This document shows, piece after piece, positions 9,286 to 18,910 of a stretch of DNA of 64,000 nt. The stretch lies in NCBI RefSeq assembly GCF_017447225.1, contig NZ_JAFSNZ010000043.1, positions 1,533 to 65,532 on the forward strand, given 5' to 3'. Both the position numbers and the translations under genes were made by a program. The notes under the pieces were generated by a model. That model was given only the letters and a program-made list of their open reading frames with translations. It made no database searches and was not told the origin of the DNA. Each line of letters begins with the position of its first letter. The stretch's first letter is position 1. Source of the DNA: Methanobrevibacter sp. Its GTDB lineage: Archaea; Methanobacteriota; Methanobacteria; Methanobacteriales; Methanobacteriaceae.

Positions 9286-10443
9286 TTATCTATGTTCTTT
9301 TTTCTCAAATCTGAAAGGAGGTGTCCTTTCAATAGTTTCAAAGGATTCCTGTTCCTCCTGAAGCTCATTGAAGAATGCATTAATTTCTTCCAATCTTTTG
9401 ATTTTATCGTTTTTACGGATTAACTCATTTTGGAGATTAATATATTCCTCACGGGAAACAGTCTGATCCCTCAGGTATTTGAGCTCATTGTCTTTTGCAA
9501 CAATTTCATTCTGAAGCTGATTTTGCAAATCGACATATTCAGATTTAGGAACGCTTTGCTCTTTGAGATATTTCAATTCACTGTCACGTACGGAAATTTC
9601 ACTTTCCAGGTAGTTCTGAAGACTTACATACTCTTCACGAGGAATTGAATTTTCTTTTAATGCATTGATTTCCTTGTCCATTGCAGCAACTTCATTTTCA
9701 AGCAATTCCTTAAGATTAAGGTAATCCTGTCTAGGGATGCTTTGCTGTTTCAATTGAGTGATTTGAGCATCCATAGCTGCAATTTCATTTTCAAATTGAG
9801 TCTGTAAATTTTCATAATCCTGTTTTGGGATAGTTTGCTGTTTTAACAGAATCATTTCATTATCAATAGCGGTTATCTCATTATCCTTTTGCTGGAGTTC
9901 TCTGTTTTTGAACTCGATTTGTTTTTCGAGCTCCATGATTTCCTGCTGAGCGCCAGCATCATTTTCTAATTTGATAACCTGAATCTTATAATCATCAATA
10001 GTTCTTGAAAGACTGTTGATTTGAGCATCTTTTTCAGCGATACTTCTGTATGACTGGTTTAATCTTTCGTTTACTTCAGACAACTCATTTTTCTTATAAT
10101 CTCTTAACTGTTCTGCAAAATAAGTCTTAATTTCATCTAAAGAATTGTTAACGTAATCAAGCTCATAAATCCTGTCTTCCTGATTTTTGATTAACAGATC
10201 TTTTTCATCGAGTTGTCCCCGAAGCTGATTCAGTTCTTCTTCAGCTTTAAATTTAATAACAGAAACTTCTTTTTCTTTGTCAACAATATCCTGTTCAAGT
10301 TCTCGTATCCGTGAAGCAGAGTTATCGTTTGCTTTTTCTACTTCAAGCTGTGTTAAATCGAATTTAAGTTTATTGAGCTCTAATAAACAAGATCTGACTA
10401 AAGATTGTAAAGCATCTTTTTCAGCATCTATTCCATTTTCCAT
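9286..10443 (-). CDS. coiled-coil protein with five 31-aa tandem repeats
   Basis: 385 aa, Glu/Lys/Gln/Leu-rich. Residues ~201-355 contain five units of the form (I/V)P(K/R)x(D/E)Y.NLQ..LENEI.A.D.E...LK(Q/E)Q(S/T) spaced exactly 31 residues apart (I205, I236, I267, V298, V329). No enzymatic motif. Confidence 0.6.
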   Translation of the reverse strand: MENGIDAEKDALQSLVRSCLLELNKLKFDLTQLEVEKANDNSASRIRELEQDIVDKEKEVSVIKFKAEEELNQLRGQLDEKDLLIKNQEDRIYELDYVNNSLDEIKTYFAEQLRDYKKNELSEVNERLNQSYRSIAEKDAQINSLSRTIDDYKIQVIKLENDAGAQQEIMELEKQIEFKNRELQQKDNEITAIDNEMILLKQQTIPKQDYENLQTQFENEIAAMDAQITQLKQQSIPRQDYLNLKELLENEVAAMDKEINALKENSIPREEYVSLQNYLESEISVRDSELKYLKEQSVPKSEYVDLQNQLQNEIVAKDNELKYLRDQTVSREEYINLQNELIRKNDKIKRLEEINAFFNELQEEQESFETIERTPPFRFEKKEHR

Positions 10444-10626
10444 TTCTATCCCTTAACTTAAAATTTATCTCAATATTGAAATTTGCATATGATTAATTTT
10501 TAAATTTAAAAATTATGTTATACCATACACTATAATTATCTAATATTAAATATTGTTGTCATACTATTTAAATTAAACCCTTAAATTAACTAAAAATAGA
10601 AACAAAAAAGATATAGAAACCAGTAG

Positions 10627-10661
10627 AAAAATATAGAAAAAAATAGAAAAAATAAAAAAAA
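10627..10661 (-). terminator. oligo-T termination region downstream of asd
   Basis: The minus strand downstream of the asd TGA reads ...CATTTATTTTTTTTATTTTTTCTATTTTTTTCTATATTTTTC. A T8 run begins 14 nt after the stop and is followed by T6, T7 and T5 runs. Oligo-T is the canonical archaeal termination signal. Confidence 0.45.
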
Positions 10662-10674
10662 TAAATGAGTTAAA

Positions 10675-11724
10675 TCAGAGTATTTTCTCATTAATTAACT
10701 CTGCATTTAACACTGATGCTCCAGCAGCACCACGAATAGTATTATGTCCAACAAGAACATATTTTAAACTGTTATCAAAAGCTTGGTCTTTTCTTAATCT
10801 GCCAACACTAACGGACATACCATTACCGGCATTTCTATCCATTCTTGGCTGAGGCCTGTCCATTTCCTCTTTGATAATTACAGGATTTTCCGGAGCTGAG
10901 AATAAATTTAATTCTTGAGGCAATGCTTTGAAATTTGCCATTTTATCTTTCACATCAGCAATGTCAAAGTCATCATCCAACTCAATAAATACTGCCTCGG
11001 TATGGCCATCAATAACGGGAACCCTATGACATGAAGCACTTAATTTGAAATTTGCATCAGTAACTTTTTCACCGTCAAAAGAGCCCAATAAGTGTAAAGT
11101 TTCAGATTCCATCTTTTCTTCTTCACTGCCAATATAAGGAACAAGATTATCGACAATAGCCATTGAAGGAACACCATTATAGCCTGCACCAGATACTGCC
11201 TGCATGGTTGAAACCCTAATTGAATTAATATTGAAGTTATCGACAATAGGTTTCAATGTCAGGGTTAAAGCGATAGTTGAACAGTTAGGATTGGTTACAA
11301 TGAATCCGTCCCAGTTATTCTCTTTCTGTTGAGCATCAATCATGTCCAAGTACTCAGGATTTACTTCAGGAATCACTAAAGGAATATTCTTTTTCATCCT
11401 GTGAGCACTAGCATTACTTGCAACAACATAATCTTTTGCAAAGTCCTTTTCCACTTTTGCTGCAAATTCAGTTGGAAGAGATGAAAATACAATGTCCACA
11501 TCATTATCCATATCTTCAGGATTTGTTTCACATACAACAATATCTTTTACCTCTTCAGGCATTGCATCATTAAGATACCATGTAGTTGCATCCTCATACC
11601 TTTTGCCTGCAGAACGGCTTGATGCCGCAAGAGCAGTGATTTCAAAATCAGGATGATTGGCTAACAATTGGATGAATCTCTGACCAACCATACCTGTTGC
11701 ACCAAGTACACCAACATTTACCAT
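10675..11724 (-). CDS. asd: aspartate-semialdehyde dehydrogenase
   Basis: N-terminal NAD-binding VGVLGATGMVGQRF and active-site VTNPNCSTI. Start set at the ATG at 11724, preceded by AGGTG. The track GTG at 11733 is less likely. Confidence 0.9.
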   Translation of the reverse strand: MVNVGVLGATGMVGQRFIQLLANHPDFEITALAASSRSAGKRYEDATTWYLNDAMPEEVKDIVVCETNPEDMDNDVDIVFSSLPTEFAAKVEKDFAKDYVVASNASAHRMKKNIPLVIPEVNPEYLDMIDAQQKENNWDGFIVTNPNCSTIALTLTLKPIVDNFNINSIRVSTMQAVSGAGYNGVPSMAIVDNLVPYIGSEEEKMESETLHLLGSFDGEKVTDANFKLSASCHRVPVIDGHTEAVFIELDDDFDIADVKDKMANFKALPQELNLFSAPENPVIIKEEMDRPQPRMDRNAGNGMSVSVGRLRKDQAFDNSLKYVLVGHNTIRGAAGASVLNAELINEKIL

Positions 11725-11733
11725 AAAAAACAC

Positions 11734-12555
11734 CTATTCTAAACCTAAAACATCATTCATACTGCTGACAACACCTTTTTCAGCAGCAGGAGCATATCTG
11801 ATAGCTCTGATTACACCGGCAATGAAAACTTCTCTTGTATGAGCCTGGTGTTTAACTTCCAGTCTTTCACCGTCACCAACAAACATTACAGTATGGTCAC
11901 CGACAATATCTCCACCACGGATTGCGTGAACACCTATCTCTTCAGGAGTTCTTTTGCCGACAAGACCTTTTCTTCCATAGACCCCAACCTCTTCAGGATC
12001 ACGGTTGAGAGACTCGGCAATCACTTCAAATGCAGTCATTGCAGTTCCGGACGGAGCATCTTTTTTCTGATTGTGGTGAGCTTCAATAATCTCAATATCA
12101 AAATCATATAATAAAGGAGCCAGTTTCTTTAAGGTGTTGAAAAATACGTTTACACCAATAGCCATGTTTGATGAAATGACTGCACCGACTTTATTGTCTT
12201 CAACGTTTTTAATGTTTGATGCCATCTGTTCGTCAGTGAATCCTGTGGTACCTACAACAATATTAACTCCACAGGAAGTGGCAGTTTTGATTGTTTCAAC
12301 TGCAGCAGGAGCAATGGTAAAATCAACCAAAACATCAGGTTTTGCTGATTTTAAAGTTTCTTCCAAGTTTTCGGAACCGGTGATTTCAACACCTAATTCG
12401 CCTATGCCTGCCTGAATACCTGCATCTTTTCCAGCTAACGGAGTGTTTGGCATTTCAATGGCTGCTACAACTTCCATATCTTCTTGTTCTGTAACTTTTT
12501 TAATAATACCGGAGCCCATTCTTCCAGCAGCTCCAGTCACTGCTACTTTAATCAT
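11734..12555 (-). CDS. dapB: 4-hydroxy-tetrahydrodipicolinate reductase
   Basis: 273 aa. MIKVAVTGAAGRMG and the DapB signature EAHHNQKKDAPSGTA. Confidence 0.9.
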   Translation of the reverse strand: MIKVAVTGAAGRMGSGIIKKVTEQEDMEVVAAIEMPNTPLAGKDAGIQAGIGELGVEITGSENLEETLKSAKPDVLVDFTIAPAAVETIKTATSCGVNIVVGTTGFTDEQMASNIKNVEDNKVGAVISSNMAIGVNVFFNTLKKLAPLLYDFDIEIIEAHHNQKKDAPSGTAMTAFEVIAESLNRDPEEVGVYGRKGLVGKRTPEEIGVHAIRGGDIVGDHTVMFVGDGERLEVKHQAHTREVFIAGVIRAIRYAPAAEKGVVSSMNDVLGLE

Positions 12556-12564
12556 TTAAACACC

Positions 12565-13458
12565 TTAAATTAAATTTGAATCTTTTAAAGCTTTTTTAAG
12601 TATTTCTACATTTTCCTCTTTCATTGGAGCTAAAGGATCCCTTAATGGTCCTGAAGGAAGGCCCATGATATTCATTGCGGTTTTTACAGGAACAGGATTA
12701 CTTTCAATGAATAATGCTCTGATTAATTCCAACATTTCATAGTGAAGCTCCAATGCACGGCCATAATCGTCATTTAAAATACTGTCAACCATTAAGACCA
12801 TTCTTTTAGCGTCAACGTTAGCTGAAGCACTGATTACACCGGTTCCTCCGACAGCCATAATAGGCAGGGTCAGGGAGTCTTCACCGGATAATATGTTAAA
12901 GTCATCTTCAAGGCCTTCGTGTGTAAGAGCTCTGTAAATATCAGAAACTTTGTCAACACTTCCGCTTGCTTCTTTAACAGCATCAATATTGTCTATTTTT
13001 GCAAGTTCAACAATAGTTTCAACATCCATATTAACTCCGGTACGGGAAGGCACATTATAAGCAATAATCGGAATGTCTGCACTTTCAGCCAGAATTCTAT
13101 AATGGTTAACCATACCGTGCTGCTGCGGTTTGTTATAATAAGGAGTGATGACCAAAGCAGCGTCACAGTCAACATCTGCAGCATATTTTGTCAAATCCAA
13201 AGCTTCAGATGTGGCATTACTGCCCGTACCTGCAATAGTTTCCACTCTACCGTCAACTTCATCAACTAAAATATCAATTATTCTTCTGTGGTCTTCATGA
13301 GATACTGTAGCTGATTCCCCAGTAGTTCCGGCACCAACCAAACCTGTTACGCCCTGATCAATCAGATAATTGATATTTGACCTAAAACCTTCTTCATCTA
13401 TTTCCCTATTTTTATCGAAAGGAGTTACCATCGCAACGTAAGTTCCTTCAAAATTCAT
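12565..13458 (-). CDS. dapA: 4-hydroxy-tetrahydrodipicolinate synthase
   Basis: 297 aa. [20 protein letters not shown] and the Schiff-base lysine context AVKEASG. Confidence 0.9.
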   Translation of the reverse strand: MNFEGTYVAMVTPFDKNREIDEEGFRSNINYLIDQGVTGLVGAGTTGESATVSHEDHRRIIDILVDEVDGRVETIAGTGSNATSEALDLTKYAADVDCDAALVITPYYNKPQQHGMVNHYRILAESADIPIIAYNVPSRTGVNMDVETIVELAKIDNIDAVKEASGSVDKVSDIYRALTHEGLEDDFNILSGEDSLTLPIMAVGGTGVISASANVDAKRMVLMVDSILNDDYGRALELHYEMLELIRALFIESNPVPVKTAMNIMGLPSGPLRDPLAPMKEENVEILKKALKDSNLI

Positions 13459-14678
13459 TCTAAAACCTCATTGAGTAAGTCATAAGCTTTTTTCGCATCT
13501 TTAACATCAACATAAATAACAATAGCTGTCTGGGATGAAGCTATTTCTATAATATTAATATTATTTATCCTTAACGGCTCCGTAATAGCCGAAATAATTC
13601 CAGGAGTTTCGTCGGTGAAATCCGGACTTACAATTGTAATCATTGAAGCATCGGAACCTAAGGATAGTGAACTGAAAACATCATCTTCAACCACTAAAGT
13701 GTGCAATATAGGATATGCTTTTTCAGAATCTTCTTTTTCTACAAATACCGTCATTGAGTTTTGCCCGGCCAAAATGCCAAGAATATTTATATTATTTTCT
13801 GCAAGGCATGAAGTCACTTTAGCCAAAAGACCTGCTTTTTTAAGCATTCCGTCTCCGACTATGGCTATAATAGAAATAGGATTCTTATGTAAAGATATGT
13901 GTTTTGTCATATCTCCTTCAAAAGGGCCTGTAATACGGGTACCTTTTGCATTTAAATCGCCGTGGGCAAAATTGATAATCTTAGCACTTATTAATGGATC
14001 TTTATATTTCAATGCATGAGGATGTAAAACCTGCGCTCCATGAGTAGCCAAATCCCTCATTTCCTCAACAGTGATTTCATCCAATAACTCTGCACTTTCT
14101 ATTTTATTAGGATCTGTTGACATTACGCCGTCCACATCTGTAACGATAACTACATCACTGGCATCCAAACAGTGTCCGATTAAAAATGCTGATATGTCAC
14201 TTCCGCCACGTCCCAGTGTAGTGATTTCACCGCTAGGTCCTTTTCCTAAAAATCCGCAGATAACAGGAATGATTCCTTGATTTAAAAGGTCCTGTATTCC
14301 GCTGAACTTCTCGTTTGTAGTGGCGAAGTCTATTTTTGCTTCCAAAGAATTGGAATCAGTCATGATTGGCCATATTGGGTTATATGGATCAATATATTCT
14401 GATTTAACACCTAAAGATTCAACAGTTGCTGAGAATAATCTTGCACTAGTTAATTCACCCATAGCCATTATTTCTGCCTTCTGCTTGTCAGTTAAAGTTT
14501 CGCCAATAGCTGCATTGGATAAATCAATTAATTCGTCGGTAGTCTTGTTTACTGCGGAAACTACAACTACTACCTGTTTGCCTTTCATATACTCATTTAC
14601 TACGGACTGCGCCGCTTTTTTAATTCTGGAGCCATCTCCTACCGATGTGCCACCAAATTTTGCTACTATTAAATCCAT
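13455..14678 (-). CDS. lysC: aspartate kinase
   Basis: 407 aa. [18 protein letters not shown] and a C-terminal ACT-like region. 4-nt overlap with dapA. Confidence 0.9.
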   Translation of the reverse strand: MDLIVAKFGGTSVGDGSRIKKAAQSVVNEYMKGKQVVVVVSAVNKTTDELIDLSNAAIGETLTDKQKAEIMAMGELTSARLFSATVESLGVKSEYIDPYNPIWPIMTDSNSLEAKIDFATTNEKFSGIQDLLNQGIIPVICGFLGKGPSGEITTLGRGGSDISAFLIGHCLDASDVVIVTDVDGVMSTDPNKIESAELLDEITVEEMRDLATHGAQVLHPHALKYKDPLISAKIINFAHGDLNAKGTRITGPFEGDMTKHISLHKNPISIIAIVGDGMLKKAGLLAKVTSCLAENNINILGILAGQNSMTVFVEKEDSEKAYPILHTLVVEDDVFSSLSLGSDASMITIVSPDFTDETPGIISAITEPLRINNINIIEIASSQTAIVIYVDVKDAKKAYDLLNEVLE

Positions 14679-14853
14679 TAATATTCACACCTATTTCTAA
14701 AGAATATTTTATATTTTCATTAAAATTTTTGATTATTCAAAAATACGATATATATCTTTATTAAAAGACATTAATAAACTTTTAAAAAGAATTGTAAAAA
14801 ATTATTTTGAAAATTTATAAAAAATAGTTAAAAAAGAATAAGGAAAATTAATC

Positions 14854-15051
14854 TTATTCTTGAGTTTGTTCTAATCTGACAAGTCTGGTAACGTAACCAG
14901 CAATTTTATTTCTTAAATGTTTAGTACTTACAGTTGAGTATTCTGATACTAATTTTTTGTTTTCTTCAAAATCAGTAGTGAAAACACCTTTGTGAGTTTC
15001 TATAAGTTCTCTTGCTAAACGTTTAACAAATGAAGTTCTAATATTACCCAT
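14854..15051 (-). CDS. rps17e: 30S ribosomal protein S17e
   Basis: [35 protein letters not shown]... is a typical S17e N-terminus. Start set at the MGNIR ATG (15051). Confidence 0.9.
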   Translation of the reverse strand: MGNIRTSFVKRLARELIETHKGVFTTDFEENKKLVSEYSTVSTKHLRNKIAGYVTRLVRLEQTQE

Positions 15052-15379
15052 CAACATTCCTCCTCAATATTTCGTTTTGCTCATTTTTACTTAATATAGT
15101 TAGCATATTTACGATTTGATCAATAATTGTTGCGTCAATATCGTTTTCTTCAGACAACCTCTCGATTTTTGCATATATTGCATCTTCCCTTTTTTTATCA
15201 TAAATTGGCATGCCCAAATAATCTTTTGCAAGTGCAATATCCTTTGCAATTGAAGTTCTCTGGCAAATTAAATTAAATATCTCATTATCAATCTCATCAA
15301 TGCGATTTCTAGATTCTAATAAAAGATTTTCAGCATCTTCCTTATTTTCAAAAGAAATTATCTCATTTTCCTTAGTCAA
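15044..15379 (-). CDS. chorismate mutase (AroQ class)
   Basis: 111 aa all-helical. [42 protein letters not shown] matches the AroQ pattern. Its stop overlaps the rps17e start by 8 nt. Confidence 0.75.
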   Translation of the reverse strand: MTKENEIISFENKEDAENLLLESRNRIDEIDNEIFNLICQRTSIAKDIALAKDYLGMPIYDKKREDAIYAKIERLSEENDIDATIIDQIVNMLTILSKNEQNEILRRNVDG

Positions 15380-15481
15380 AAAATCACCAAAATCTGATAA
15401 TAATGATAATAATATAATTTATAATAATCATAGTATATAAACTATGGCATAAATCATGAAATAATGGAAATTTATAACATG

Positions 15482-16348
15482 TTATAAAAATAAACAGCCA
15501 TCGTTATCAACATGGGTCTCTATTACATTTCCTTCCAATGTACTCCAAGCATCCTTAATGTCATCACATGATGATTCGTCACATACCGCCACAAAAGATG
15601 AACCGGTACCTGAAAGGCCTGATGCAATTGCACCTGACTGAAGCGCATCAATTGCAATGGCTGAATCAAAGCCTAAAGCTGATGCATAAATCAGACCGTT
15701 TAAATTAAGGGCTTTAAAATAATCCCTGTTTTTAGCAAAATCAAAAGCAGTTTCAACAAGAGGAGCCATAATGCGCATACGGTTGACATCACTGTCTCCG
15801 GATTTTGAATGGAAATTCGGCATGTAAACCAATATCTTATGGTCATCCATCTTTTCCCTGATGATAAACTCCCTGTTTTTATTGTCAGTCACGACAACGC
15901 CGCCGAAATAAGATGCTGTTGCATCGTCAAAAGATCCAGTTATGGTAACTCCTGCCTCGATTGAAGCATCAATTGCCAGATTAATTATTTCCATATCAGT
16001 CAAAGGATTTAAGTCAAATTCCTCACTGATTATTTTTGATGTGACGGCAACAATCGCATTGGAAGAGGCACTGCTGCTTGAAAGGCCTGAAGCCATAGGC
16101 AAGCTGGACTCGGTTGTTAATTTCAAACCGAAATCATTATTATCGACACCATATCTTTCAAAAACCTTATTTACACATAAATCCATCAAATCAGTGCTTG
16201 CCCCAACATCGTTAGAGCATTCAATTCCTTCACTTATCGTTTTGGCTTCGCATCTGATATCAAGTCCTATTCCGAATGCGGATCCGAAACCTGTTGCTAT
16301 AGCATTAATTATTGTGGCTGAACCAGGACATCTAATTTTTTTAATCAT
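15482..16348 (-). CDS. aroK: archaeal GHMP-type shikimate kinase
   Basis: 288 aa. GHMP motif LPMASGLSSSSASSNA and N-terminal CPGSATIINAIATG, as in the MJ1440 family. Confidence 0.75.
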   Translation of the reverse strand: MIKKIRCPGSATIINAIATGFGSAFGIGLDIRCEAKTISEGIECSNDVGASTDLMDLCVNKVFERYGVDNNDFGLKLTTESSLPMASGLSSSSASSNAIVAVTSKIISEEFDLNPLTDMEIINLAIDASIEAGVTITGSFDDATASYFGGVVVTDNKNREFIIREKMDDHKILVYMPNFHSKSGDSDVNRMRIMAPLVETAFDFAKNRDYFKALNLNGLIYASALGFDSAIAIDALQSGAIASGLSGTGSSFVAVCDESSCDDIKDAWSTLEGNVIETHVDNDGCLFL

Positions 16349-17418
16349 TATTTTACCTCATCATAAGGAATTTCAACATTGCTGAAGTCAGCAGCTCTTT
16401 TTCTCGCATTTGAAGATAATTTCTGTCTAAATTCATCATCTCCAATGATCTTGTCAATGGATTGAGCCAAGCTGGAAGCGTCATTCGGGTCAATAAGCAA
16501 TCCGACATCATCAGTTATGATTTCGGATATTCCTCCAACGTCACTTCCGATAACTGCCTTTTCACATGCCAATGCCTCAATCAGCACCAGGCCAAAGCTT
16601 TCTGAAAATGACGGCAGCACCAGCACGTCACATCCCGGAATGATATTTTCAACATCACTTCGAGACCCTAAAAATCGGACATCTGAAATATTTTCATTTG
16701 CAACCTTATTTTCCAGATCTTTTTTAAGCGGACCGTCACCGACAACAACCACTTCATAATCGGTTTTTGATAGTTTTTTTGCTTCCAAAATCAGATTGAC
16801 ATTTTTACGTTTGATAATATTTCCGACAAACAGAACAATAGGTTTTCCATTGCTTTCAAGCAGATTCTTATTTTCACCGGAAAACTTATCTATGTCGACG
16901 GAATTCCAGTAAAGCCTTGTTTTTGACTCGATTCCCTTGACACCTGTAGCCAATATTTCATTTTTCAGGGCGTTGCTGACTGCAAAAACAACATCCGCCT
17001 TTTTCAATACATTATTGATAAACGGCCTCATAAATGACTGTTTCTTATACATTTCAAACATGTCTGAACCGTGGGCAGTCACATATGTCTTTATCTTATG
17101 TTTTTTGCCGACATCACATGCCGCAGCACCTGCAGGAAATAGATAATGGCCATGTATGATGTCAATATCAACTTCCTTTACCAGCTTTTCAAGTGCTTTT
17201 CCGGCATTTCTTTTAAACATCAGCCCCCTGATTCCGGGAATGTTAAGACCTGTCGTTCCTATGACGTGAATTCCATCAATATCCGCCAAATCAGAATGGG
17301 GATAAGTGATTACATAAACCTCATGTCCCTGTCTGACAAGCTCCTTGGATAACGTATGAATATGAACACCTACACCTCCAACATGAGGTGGAAATTGACC
17401 AACCATAGCTATTTTCAT
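16348..17418 (-). CDS. glycosyltransferase family 4 (GT-B fold)
   Basis: 356 aa. MKIAMVGQFPPHVGGVGVHIHTLSKEL N-terminus and C-terminal E-x7-E region (PSFSESFGLVLIEALA). Confidence 0.75.
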   Translation of the reverse strand: MKIAMVGQFPPHVGGVGVHIHTLSKELVRQGHEVYVITYPHSDLADIDGIHVIGTTGLNIPGIRGLMFKRNAGKALEKLVKEVDIDIIHGHYLFPAGAAACDVGKKHKIKTYVTAHGSDMFEMYKKQSFMRPFINNVLKKADVVFAVSNALKNEILATGVKGIESKTRLYWNSVDIDKFSGENKNLLESNGKPIVLFVGNIIKRKNVNLILEAKKLSKTDYEVVVVGDGPLKKDLENKVANENISDVRFLGSRSDVENIIPGCDVLVLPSFSESFGLVLIEALACEKAVIGSDVGGISEIITDDVGLLIDPNDASSLAQSIDKIIGDDEFRQKLSSNARKRAADFSNVEIPYDEVK

Positions 17419-18491
17419 ATAAATCCTTCCATATTGTCATTCAAATAATTTCCTTCCATATCAACCAGAATAACGTCAAGTTCCAGTTCAAAACGCTGCT
17501 GGCAACGCTGCTTTATTGCAAGAGCAATGCTGTTTGCAACATCCTTTTGAAGATTGATTTCACTTAATATATCAAGCATATCATCAGTCGTTGCCGAATC
17601 ATACAATGCAAGCAGAACATCCCTGTGGGCCCCGCAAAGAGCGGCATGAGTTATCATTATTTCGCGTCTGCCGTCAGCAACCGCATGTTTGGTGTTGAAT
17701 ATTCCTCCGGCGATTTTAATCAGCTTTCCGATGTGTCCGAAAAAGGTGAACCTGTCTATTCCACGTTTTTTGGCCTCTTCAAACATGAATCCCACATAGT
17801 TGCCTGTCTGAATGACCTGCTGCTTGGATATTGGCAGTCTCTTTAAGGCCAATTTTTCACCAATATTACCCGGAACAAAGACCAAATCATTCAGGTTTGA
17901 AGCAATTGCAACATCAATTTGAGTTACAATGGAATTCTTATATGCTTCGCTGGACATTGACCTTGCAATACCTGTAGTTCCCAAAACGGAAATACCGTCA
18001 ACAATACCTAATTTGGGATTCATTGTCTTTTTGGCAATTTCACGACCTTTTGGGATTGAAATTGTGACCTTTGCAGACTTGCCTTCAGGAATTTTGTCTT
18101 GAAGGTTCTTTTTAATCATCTTGCGCGGAACGGGATTGATTGCATGCTGCCCGACAGGTATCTGAAGACCGGGTTTTGTAATTACTCCAACACCTTCCCC
18201 ACCGGTGATTATAACCTTTTGCGAATCAAAATCAATCAGTTCGACATGAGCCACTATAGCCAGATTAACCGTTACGTCAGGATCATGATATGGATTTTTA
18301 TGGGCAACGGCACAGGCGGAATTGGAAGATAACTTGCGACATTCATCTATTATAATGTCTAATGTTTTTTTAGGAGTTTCAACCTTAACACAGGCAATAT
18401 CCGGTGAGTCCAAAATGGCGTCAATAGCAGCAAGAGAACAGGCTGTAGCTACAGTGCCTGTTGTGACACCAGTATAATTATCATCAGTCAT
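17415..18491 (-). CDS. cbiD: cobalt-precorrin-5B (C1)-methyltransferase
   Basis: 358 aa. GVTTGTVATACSLAA, GGEGVGVITKPGLQIPVGQHAINPVPRKMI and GTTGIARSMS are CbiD hallmarks. Confidence 0.85.
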   Translation of the reverse strand: MTDDNYTGVTTGTVATACSLAAIDAILDSPDIACVKVETPKKTLDIIIDECRKLSSNSACAVAHKNPYHDPDVTVNLAIVAHVELIDFDSQKVIITGGEGVGVITKPGLQIPVGQHAINPVPRKMIKKNLQDKIPEGKSAKVTISIPKGREIAKKTMNPKLGIVDGISVLGTTGIARSMSSEAYKNSIVTQIDVAIASNLNDLVFVPGNIGEKLALKRLPISKQQVIQTGNYVGFMFEEAKKRGIDRFTFFGHIGKLIKIAGGIFNTKHAVADGRREIMITHAALCGAHRDVLLALYDSATTDDMLDILSEINLQKDVANSIALAIKQRCQQRFELELDVILVDMEGNYLNDNMEGFI

Positions 18492-18518
18492 TTTTACAAA
18501 AATAAAAAAAGAGAGAAT

Positions 18519-18779
18519 CTATAATAAAGATTCTAATTTTTCGATTAATTCACTGTCACTAGGTGCACCAATAAATTCAACATTTCCGTCAATGACAACA
18601 GTTGGTACTGCCATAATCTGGTATTGTCTGGCTCTGTCGATGTTATCAGGATCATTAGCATTGACGATTTCAACATCAATCTGGTCACCTAATTTGGCTT
18701 TAGCACTTTCTGCAGCAGCAACTGCAGCAGGACAATGTGGACATGAATCTGTTTTAAAAACTTCTATTTTAATTGCCAT
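18519..18779 (-). CDS. small thioredoxin/glutaredoxin-like protein
   Basis: 86 aa from the ATG at 18779 (AGGTG 9 nt upstream). CPHC redox motif and cis-Pro context MAVPTVVIDG. Confidence 0.75.
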   Translation of the reverse strand: MAIKIEVFKTDSCPHCPAAVAAAESAKAKLGDQIDVEIVNANDPDNIDRARQYQIMAVPTVVIDGNVEFIGAPSDSELIEKLESLL

Positions 18780-18910
18780 ATTATCAAACACCTATAATTA
18801 TATTTTTGTGAATATTTTATATATTCATACTATTTAATTGTTAAGGTTACTGGTCAAATGCTCTCTCATAATATATTAATATATAAAAAAACAATATTTA
18901 ATTGATTAAA

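Noticed and set aside
9186-9380. 64-aa minus-strand ORF just downstream of and overlapping the coiled-coil gene end
   Set aside because: It overlaps the 3' end of the 385-aa ORF in another frame, has no Shine-Dalgarno sequence, and has an odd composition. It is probably noise in the AT-rich terminator region.
13615-14700. Several 69-134-aa + strand ORFs inside lysC (13615..14019, 14071..14280, 14320..14700)
   Set aside because: All are antisense to a full-length aspartate kinase with canonical motifs. Their composition is Ser/Thr/Ile/Pro-rich shadow-frame type.
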